A stretch of DNA of 64,000 nucleotides from Candidatus Multivoradales bacterium (GTDB lineage: Bacteria > Acidobacteriota > Thermoanaerobaculia > Multivoradales > JAHEKO01). The stretch is taken from contig OZ245024.1 of NCBI GenBank assembly GCA_965223875.1, forward strand, positions 2,483,211 to 2,547,210, given 5' to 3'. The position numbers and the translations under genes are program-made. How positions within the stretch are numbered: position 1 is the first letter of the stretch; every line of letters starts with the position of its first letter. Below are positions 57,775-64,000 of the stretch, piece by piece. Below the pieces are notes generated by a model. That model was not told the origin of the DNA. It did no database searches and was given only the letters and a program-made list of their open reading frames with translations.

Positions 57775-59469
57775 GTGGACCCTATGGAGTTGCCGCGCCT
57801 TCCAGCGGGAGTCAAGGGGGCACGGAGACAGGAGGATATTTTGGATAGACGCGAGTTTCTGCGCCTGACCGGTCTCGGGATGGGCGTTATGACGGTTCCC
57901 GTTCTCGGGCGGCAGGTGCCGCTCCTGGGCGCCACCACCCCGATCGCGACGGGCGACAAGAAGGCCCTGGCGGACGTCGCTCTGAACACGGCGAAGATGA
58001 AGGGCGCGAGCTACGCCGACGTGCGCATCGGCCGCTACCTCAACCAGTTCATCATCACCCGCGAGGACAAGGTCCAGAACATCGTCAACACCGAGTCCTT
58101 CGGCGTCGGCGTGCGGGTCATCGCGGACGGCACCTGGGGCTTCGGCGCCACCAGCGACGTCACCGAGGACGGCATCAAGGCGGCTACCGAAAAGGCGGTG
58201 GCGATCGCCAAGGCGAACTCGCGGTTCCAGGTCGAGCCGGTGAAGTTGGCACCCACCAAGAGCTTCGGAGAGGTGGCCTGGAAGACCCCGATCGAGAAGA
58301 GCTGGGTCGACGTACCGATCACCGAGAAGGTCGACCTTCTGATGGAGGTCAACGCCGCGGGGATGGAGGCCGGAGCCTCCTTCATCAACTCCTTCCTCTT
58401 CCAGGTCAACGAGCAGAAGTACTTCGCCTCGACCGAGGGCTCCTACATCGATCAGGACGTCCACCGGCTGTGGCCGAACTTCAACGTCACCGGCGTCAAC
58501 CAGGAGACCGGCAAGTTCCAGAACCTGTCCGCCTCCTCGTCGCCGGTCGGTCGTGGATGGGAGTACCTCGACGGTCGCGACGAGGACAAGGTCGCCGGGC
58601 CGGTGGTCATGTACGACAAGACCTACGACATGATCGAGGACGCCGGGCAGATGGGCGCCGCCGTCAACAAGAAGATGGCCGCCAAGTCGGTCGAGCCCGG
58701 CAAGTGGGACCTGGTGCTCGATCCGTCCCACATGTGGCTGACGATCCACGAGTCGGTCGGACATCCCCTCGAGCTCGACCGCGTGCTCGGCTACGAGGCC
58801 AACTACGCCGGCACCTCGTTCGCCACCCTCGACAAGTGGAAGACCAAGTCCTTCAACTACGGCAACGAGAAGGTGACGTTGTTCGCCGACAAGACGCAGG
58901 AGCATTCGCTCGGCGCCGTCGGTTGGGACGACGAGGGCGTCAAGACGAAGCGCTGGGACCTGGTCAAGGACGGCATCCTGGTCGACTATCAGAAGATCCG
59001 CGACCAGGCCCACATCCTCGGCCAGGAGGAGTCAGACGGTTGCTGCTACTCGCAGTCCTGGTCGGACGTGCAGTTCCAGCGCATGCCGAACGTGTCGCTG
59101 GCGCCGGGCAAGGAGAAGCTCACCGTCGACGAGCTCATCAGGGATGTCGAGAAGGGTATCTACATCATCGGCAACGGCTCGTACTCGATCGACCAGCAGC
59201 GCTACAACTTCCAGTTCGGCGGTCAGCTGTTCTACGAGATCAAGGACGGCAAGATCGACGGCATGCTGCGCGATGTCGCGTACCAGTCGAACACGCAGGA
59301 GTTCTGGAACTCGCTGGCGGCGCTGTGTGACGAGCGCGACTACCGCCTCGGCGGCTCGTTCTTCGACGGCAAGGGTCAGCCGGCGCAGGTCAGCGCGGTG
59401 TCGCACGGCAGCCCCACCACGCGCTTCAACGGCATCAACGTCATCAACACCGAGCGCAAGCTCGGCTAA
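57775..59469 (+). CDS. tldD: TldD-family metallopeptidase with Tat signal peptide
   Basis: RREFLRLTGLGMGVMTVPVLG twin-arginine motif. HESVGHPLELD (HExxxH) TldD signature. Confidence 0.85.
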   Translation: MDPMELPRLPAGVKGARRQEDILDRREFLRLTGLGMGVMTVPVLGRQVPLLGATTPIATGDKKALADVALNTAKMKGASYADVRIGRYLNQFIITREDKVQNIVNTESFGVGVRVIADGTWGFGATSDVTEDGIKAATEKAVAIAKANSRFQVEPVKLAPTKSFGEVAWKTPIEKSWVDVPITEKVDLLMEVNAAGMEAGASFINSFLFQVNEQKYFASTEGSYIDQDVHRLWPNFNVTGVNQETGKFQNLSASSSPVGRGWEYLDGRDEDKVAGPVVMYDKTYDMIEDAGQMGAAVNKKMAAKSVEPGKWDLVLDPSHMWLTIHESVGHPLELDRVLGYEANYAGTSFATLDKWKTKSFNYGNEKVTLFADKTQEHSLGAVGWDDEGVKTKRWDLVKDGILVDYQKIRDQAHILGQEESDGCCYSQSWSDVQFQRMPNVSLAPGKEKLTVDELIRDVEKGIYIIGNGSYSIDQQRYNFQFGGQLFYEIKDGKIDGMLRDVAYQSNTQEFWNSLAALCDERDYRLGGSFFDGKGQPAQVSAVSHGSPTTRFNGINVINTERKLG

Positions 59470-59487
59470 GCGGGGAGCTCTACAGAC

Positions 59488-60804
59488 ATGACCGTACTGA
59501 GCGAAAGCGAAGCCAAGGCGATCCTCCAGAAGGCCCTCTCGTACTCGAAGGCCGACGGCTGCGAGGCGAACCTCAATGGCAACGAGGACGGCAACGTCCG
59601 CTACGCCCGCAACACCGTGACCACCGCCGGCTCGGTGACCGACCTGCAGCTGGTCGTGCAGTCGAACTACGGCCAGAAGATGGGCACCGCGACGATCAAC
59701 GAGCTCGACGACGCCTCGATCGAGAAGGTCGTGCGCCGCAGCGAGGAGCTCGCTCGCCTGGCGCCGGACAACCCCGAGTTCGTGCCGGTGCTCGGCCCCC
59801 AGTCGTACGTGGAGTCGAAGGCCTTCTTCGACTCGACGGCCGGCATCGACCCGGCCTACCGGGCCAAGGCCGCGAACGACTCGATCGGACCCTGTCGCGA
59901 GGAGAAGCTGGTCGCCGCCGGCTTCCTCAACGACTCGACCGGCTTCCAGTCGATGATCAACTCGGCGGGGCTCTTCGCCTACCACAAGGAGACGACCTGC
60001 GATTTCTCCGTCACGGTCCGCACCGAGGACGGCACCGGCTCCGGCTGGGTCGAGCGGGACGTCAACGACGTCGCGAAGCTCGATACGGGCGAGGCCTCGG
60101 CCGTGGCGATGAAGAAGGCGGCCGGCTCCAAGGACGCCCGCGCCATCGAGCCCGGCAAGTACACGGTGATCCTCGAGCCGTCGGCCGCGATCGGCCTGCT
60201 GCAGAACATGATGTTCAACTTCAACGCCCGGCCGGCCGACGAGGGACGCAGCTTCCTCGCCAAGCAGGGCGGCGGCAACAAGCTCGGCGAGAAGATCGTC
60301 GACGAGCGGATCAGCCTCTGGTCCGATCCCTCGGATCCCGATGTGCCGGTCTCGCCCTGGCAGCAGGACGGCCAAGCTCGCAAGAAGACCTACTGGATCG
60401 AGAAGGGCGTGGTGAAGAACATGTTCCGCGACCGTTTCTGGGCCAAGGAGACCGACAAGGAGCCGGTCCCCTTTCCCGCCAACGGCCGCATGGAAGGCAC
60501 CGACACGTCGCTCGAGGAGCTCATCAAGGGCACCAGCCGCGGCATTCTGGTGACCCGGCTCTGGTACATCCGCACCGTCGACCCGCAGACGCTCCTCTAC
60601 ACCGGGCTGACGCGTGACGGAACGTTCTTCATCGAGAACGGCAAGATCGCCTACCCGATCAAGAACCTGCGCTTCAACGAGAGCCCGGTGATCATGCTCA
60701 ACAACCTCGAGGCGCTGGGTCAGCCGGCACGGGTCCAGGGCGTGATGGTCCCACCGATCAAGGTCCGGGACTTCACCTTCACGAGTCTCTCGGACGCGGT
60801 GTAG
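59488..60804 (+). CDS. pmbA: PmbA/TldE-family protein (TldD partner)
   Basis: It lies 18 bp downstream of tldD. TldD/PmbA fold, lacking HExxxH as is typical for TldE. Confidence 0.8.
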   Translation: MTVLSESEAKAILQKALSYSKADGCEANLNGNEDGNVRYARNTVTTAGSVTDLQLVVQSNYGQKMGTATINELDDASIEKVVRRSEELARLAPDNPEFVPVLGPQSYVESKAFFDSTAGIDPAYRAKAANDSIGPCREEKLVAAGFLNDSTGFQSMINSAGLFAYHKETTCDFSVTVRTEDGTGSGWVERDVNDVAKLDTGEASAVAMKKAAGSKDARAIEPGKYTVILEPSAAIGLLQNMMFNFNARPADEGRSFLAKQGGGNKLGEKIVDERISLWSDPSDPDVPVSPWQQDGQARKKTYWIEKGVVKNMFRDRFWAKETDKEPVPFPANGRMEGTDTSLEELIKGTSRGILVTRLWYIRTVDPQTLLYTGLTRDGTFFIENGKIAYPIKNLRFNESPVIMLNNLEALGQPARVQGVMVPPIKVRDFTFTSLSDAV

Positions 60805-60824
60805 GCCGGCGGGGCGGCAAGCCG

Positions 60825-61442
60825 TTGCACGACTTCTCCTTCACCCGCCTGCAGTACGAGTCCGGTGACTGGGACGTCGATCAGCGGATGCCGTCGAACC
60901 TGCTGAACTCGCTCATCGAGTACACCACCCTGACCGTCGACCCCGAGGAGCATGTGGTGCCGCTGCGCGACGCGGCGGCGCTGCACGCGCCCTTCGCCTA
61001 TCTGTCGGGACACAAGCTGGTGGAGTTCTCCCGTCAGGAGGCCGAGCACTTCCTCAAGCTGGTCGAGAACGGCGGCTTCGTCTTCGTCGACGACTGCAAC
61101 CACGACATCGACGGTTTGTTCGCCAGGAGCTTCGAGTCCCAGATCGAGCGCCTGTTCGGCGAGGGTGAGCTGCGCAAGATCCCGATCGACCATCCGATCT
61201 ACTCTTCGTTCTTCGACTTCGACGAGGGGCCGCCGACGACCTCCTTCGAGCTCAACGGCTGGGGCGACGACCTCGTCCACGAGTACCTGAAGGCGATCGA
61301 GATCGACGGTCGCATCGGCCTGCTCTACAGCAACAAGGACTACGGTTGTGAGTGGGACTACGACTACCGGAACAAGCGTTGGCTGGCGAAGGACAACACC
61401 CGCTTCGGTGTCAACATCGTCATGTACGCTCTGACCGCCTGA
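60825..61442 (+). CDS. DUF4159 domain protein
   Basis: TTG start. LHDFSFTRLQYESGDWDVD...FVFVDDCNHDIDG pattern, typical of DUF4159 proteins found next to MoxR/vWA operons. Confidence 0.65.
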   Translation: MHDFSFTRLQYESGDWDVDQRMPSNLLNSLIEYTTLTVDPEEHVVPLRDAAALHAPFAYLSGHKLVEFSRQEAEHFLKLVENGGFVFVDDCNHDIDGLFARSFESQIERLFGEGELRKIPIDHPIYSSFFDFDEGPPTTSFELNGWGDDLVHEYLKAIEIDGRIGLLYSNKDYGCEWDYDYRNKRWLAKDNTRFGVNIVMYALTA

Positions 61443-61512
61443 CCTTTCCGGCGGCCTGACCCCTTCGACTACCCGACCCCTTCAACTACCCGACCCTTCC
61501 GACGACCCGACA

Positions 61513-62544
61513 ATGGAGAGCGAGATCGACACCAGGGGTGCGACGGCGACCTCCGAAGCCGAGGTCGACCAGCTCCTCGGGGCGCTCGGACGGCTTCGCG
61601 GCGAGATCGGCAAGGCGATCATCGGGCAGGACGAGATCGTCGATCAGCTGCTGGTCGGGCTGCTCGCGGGCGGACACTGCCTGCTCGAGGGCGTGCCGGG
61701 CCTGGCGAAGACCCTGATGGTCCGTTCGCTCGCCTCGGCGACCCATCTGGCCTTCAAGCGCATCCAGTTCACGCCCGACCTGATGCCGAGCGACATCGTC
61801 GGCACCGAGATCCTCGAGGAGGACCACGGCACCGGGCGCCGGGCGTTTCGCTTCGCCCGCGGCCCGATCTTCGCCAACCTGGTTCTGGCCGACGAGATCA
61901 ATCGCAGCCCACCGAAGACCCAGGCCGCCCTGCTCGAGGCGATGCAGGAGCACGAGGTCACCTACGGCGGCGAGACCTACCTGCTCGACGAGCCGTTCTT
62001 CGTCCTGGCGACACAGAACCCGATCGAGCAGACCGGAACCTACCCGCTGCCCGAGGCGCAGCTCGACCGTTTCCTGCTCCAGCTCCGTATCGAGTATCCA
62101 TCGGCCGAGGAGGAGGCCCGCATCCTCGCCGCGACGACCGGTGTCGAGACGCCCGACATCCAGCCGGTGGTCACCGCGGAAGAGATCGTTCGTTGCCAGC
62201 GACTGGTGCGCGAAGTCTTCGTCTCCGACGACCTCCTCGACTACGTGACGCGGCTCGTGCGCGCGTCGAGACCGGCCGAGAGTCCGATCGAGCTGGTGCG
62301 TGACTTCGTCGAGTGGGGTGCCGGTCCGCGCGCCGGGCAGTCCCTTCTTCTGGCGGCCAAGGCCCGCACCCTCCTCGCCGGGCGCCTGGCGGTGACGCTC
62401 GACGAGCTCGAAGCGCTGAGCCTGCCGGTCCTGCGGCATCGCGTCCTGGTCAACTTCAAGGGCCAGGCGGAGGGGGTCACCGCCGACGACGTGACGCGAC
62501 GTCTTCTCGCCGAGGTCGCCTCTCCCGCCAGTCCGCTGGCCTGA
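61513..62544 (+). CDS. moxR: MoxR-family AAA+ ATPase
   Basis: IIGQDEIVDQLLVGLLAGGHCLLEGVPGLAKT Walker A region, followed by the AAA lid. Confidence 0.9.
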   Translation: MESEIDTRGATATSEAEVDQLLGALGRLRGEIGKAIIGQDEIVDQLLVGLLAGGHCLLEGVPGLAKTLMVRSLASATHLAFKRIQFTPDLMPSDIVGTEILEEDHGTGRRAFRFARGPIFANLVLADEINRSPPKTQAALLEAMQEHEVTYGGETYLLDEPFFVLATQNPIEQTGTYPLPEAQLDRFLLQLRIEYPSAEEEARILAATTGVETPDIQPVVTAEEIVRCQRLVREVFVSDDLLDYVTRLVRASRPAESPIELVRDFVEWGAGPRAGQSLLLAAKARTLLAGRLAVTLDELEALSLPVLRHRVLVNFKGQAEGVTADDVTRRLLAEVASPASPLA

Positions 62545-62558
62545 CGCGGGGGGGCGCC

Positions 62559-63506
62559 GTGGCCGTTCCCGCCTCCCGCTTCCTCGATCCCGCGGCCCTC
62601 GCCGCGCTCGGGGATCTCGAGCTCATCGCCCGCGCCGTCGTCGAGGGCTATCTGTCGGGCCGCCATCTGCTGCCCCAGGCCGGCTTCGGGACCGAGTTCG
62701 CCCAGTACCGCAGCTACGATCCCGGGGACGATCTACGCCGGATCGACTGGAAGGCCTACGGTCGATCGGACCGCTTCTACGTGCGCCAGTCGGAGGTCGA
62801 ACGCGACGTCACGGTGCGCTTCCTGCTCGATGCCACCGGCTCGATGGAGCACGACGACGGCCGTCTGACCAAGCTCGACTACGGCCGGATGCTCGTCGCC
62901 GGCCTCGCCTACCTGGCGCATCGCCAGGGCGACCGCCTCGCCCTCCACGTCGTCAGCGATGGCGGCTGTGTCGATCTGGCGCCACGCGGGCGTCGTCCCT
63001 TACTCGAGCTGCTGCACCACCTCGAGAGCGTCGAGGCGGCAGGTACCTGGCCGCCGTTTTCCGAGCTCGAGGCCCATCTGGTCACCGGCAGGACCCGCGA
63101 GCTGGTGGTCGCCGTCTCCGACCTCTACGACTCCCCGCCCGACGATCCGGCATCCGCCGCGACGGGAGCGGCCGCAAGTGAGACCGAAGGGGCGATCGAC
63201 GCCGCCCTGCGCAACCTGCGCGCGCTCGGTCACGAGGTGCTGGTTCTCCAGGTCACCAGCCGCAACGAGATCGACTTCGACTTCACCGGCGACGTCGTGT
63301 TCCGGGATCTCGAGACAGGCGCCGAAGTCGCCGGAAGCGCCGACTCCATGCGCGCCACCTGGCGCGCCGGCCTCGCGGCCGAGCACGAGCGCTGGCGTGA
63401 GCGCTTCCTCGAGCTCCGCGTCGCGCACGCTCTCGTCTCGACCGACGAGCCCTTCGAGCACGCGCTGCGCGAGTTTCTGTTGCGCCGATCCTCCCTGCCG
63501 GCATGA
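62559..63506 (+). CDS. DUF58 domain protein (MoxR partner)
   Basis: GTG start. YRSYDPGDDLRRIDWKAYGRSDRFYVRQSEVERDVTVRFLLDATGSM is the canonical DUF58 motif. Confidence 0.8.
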   Translation: MAVPASRFLDPAALAALGDLELIARAVVEGYLSGRHLLPQAGFGTEFAQYRSYDPGDDLRRIDWKAYGRSDRFYVRQSEVERDVTVRFLLDATGSMEHDDGRLTKLDYGRMLVAGLAYLAHRQGDRLALHVVSDGGCVDLAPRGRRPLLELLHHLESVEAAGTWPPFSELEAHLVTGRTRELVVAVSDLYDSPPDDPASAATGAAASETEGAIDAALRNLRALGHEVLVLQVTSRNEIDFDFTGDVVFRDLETGAEVAGSADSMRATWRAGLAAEHERWRERFLELRVAHALVSTDEPFEHALREFLLRRSSLPA

Positions 63507-64000
63507 GCTTCCTTCTCCCGATCTGGCTGTGGGCGGCGGCCGCTGCCGCGATACCGATCACCATTCATCTCCTTTCGCGCGGCCGAGGGCAGGTTGTCCG
63601 GGTCGGTACGGTGCGCTTTCTGCCCCGCGCCGAGAGTCATCGGCTCCGTCGGCTGCGACCGAGTGGACCGCTGCGGTTACTGCTGCGCTGCGCTCTGATC
63701 GCGAGCGTCGCGATCGCCCTGGCGGCGCCGCGCTGGTGGAGCCCGGCCGCACCGCGGCCGGGTGAGTCCTGGGTCCTCGTCGACCCGGCCCTTCTGGCCG
63801 CCCGGAGCCGGTTGCAGGCGGGAGCCCCGGAGGCCTTCCGACGTATCGACGAAGCCGCCGGTACGCCAGGGATCCTCCTGACCGACGGCCTGCCCGACTG
63901 GGAGAGCGCCGGTGACGTCATCGAGGTGCCGGACGATTCCATAGACCTCTGGTCCCTGATCGCCGAGGCGGCTCGCCGGGTCCCGCCGGAAGCCGCCCTG
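63503..64000 (+). CDS. BatA-like protein, N-terminal double-TM domain (3' truncated by window end)
   Basis: ATGA overlap with the DUF58 gene. MSFLLPIWLWAAAAAAIPITIHLL matches the BatA N-terminal double-transmembrane motif (TIGR02226-like). The ORF is open at position 64000. Confidence 0.6.
   Translation, partial: MSFLLPIWLWAAAAAAIPITIHLLSRGRGQVVRVGTVRFLPRAESHRLRRLRPSGPLRLLLRCALIASVAIALAAPRWWSPAAPRPGESWVLVDPALLAARSRLQAGAPEAFRRIDEAAGTPGILLTDGLPDWESAGDVIEVPDDSIDLWSLIAEAARRVPPEAAL

Overview
This 64-kb window comes from a high-GC (about 70%) bacterial chromosome and is densely coding, with about 52 protein genes. I recognised no rRNA, tRNA or CRISPR array. Most genes sit at short gaps or ATGA/GTGA overlaps, consistent with operons. 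The signal most worth follow-up is the co-directional cluster at 31.5-44.2 kb.

Content from start to end:
1. 0-7.5 kb: a secreted-peptidase island. It holds two S9 beta-propeller peptidases (DPP-IV/prolyl-oligopeptidase-like, GWSGGG and GSSYGG serine motifs), a DUF1028 Ntn-hydrolase-like secreted protein and a DUF885-like protein.
2. 7.5-15.1 kb: a GT-C-like polytopic glycosyltransferase, a GT4 enzyme, and a SAM methyltransferase with a long coiled-coil. An 825-aa BNR/Asp-box double-propeller protein follows on the opposite strand.
3. 15.36-16.90 kb: an intact IS element encoding a 438-aa IS5/IS1182-superfamily DDE transposase. It has perfect 15-bp terminal inverted repeats (IRs) and CTAG ends. 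It is inserted exactly at the stop codon of a sulfatase-like gene.
4. 18.4-31.3 kb: a TusA-like gene; a pyruvate kinase with no canonical start codon (a CTG with a GGAG 7 nt upstream is the best candidate); and an alpha/beta hydrolase. Next come an ECF sigma factor with a small membrane partner and a tandem-DUF3592 membrane protein. Then a small membrane protein plus XRE regulator sits upstream of a NatAB-like ABC-2 transporter. GNAT, DUF1326 and other small proteins close the stretch.
5. 31.5-44.2 kb: a 12.7-kb co-directional cluster with overlapping genes. It comprises a glycoside-hydrolase(clan A-like)/GT2/multi-TM fusion, a GT-B-like protein and a GT4 enzyme, then an APH-like kinase, a GT2, a second APH-like kinase (HGE instead of HGD), a P-loop sulfotransferase and two MsbA-like ABC half-transporters. 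The GT2 and the sulfotransferase carry clearly homologous C-terminal domains of about 105 aa. This is a candidate pathway for an undescribed sulfated and/or phosphorylated glycoconjugate.
6. 44.4-57.7 kb: a D-aminoacylase, a 1037-aa TolB-propeller plus amidohydrolase fusion, a TlpA-like redoxin, a second sulfatase-like gene (Thr nucleophile), two ankyrin-repeat lipoproteins and a Hanks-type Ser/Thr kinase.
7. 57.8-64.0 kb: a Tat-signal TldD/PmbA pair co-directional with a DUF4159/MoxR/DUF58/BatA-like (Bat aerotolerance-type) operon.

Several intergenic tandem-repeat arrays, an IR-bounded MITE-like element and a G4 motif are also reported. Lineage is inference only; the gene content resembles Gemmatimonadota or Acidobacteriota.
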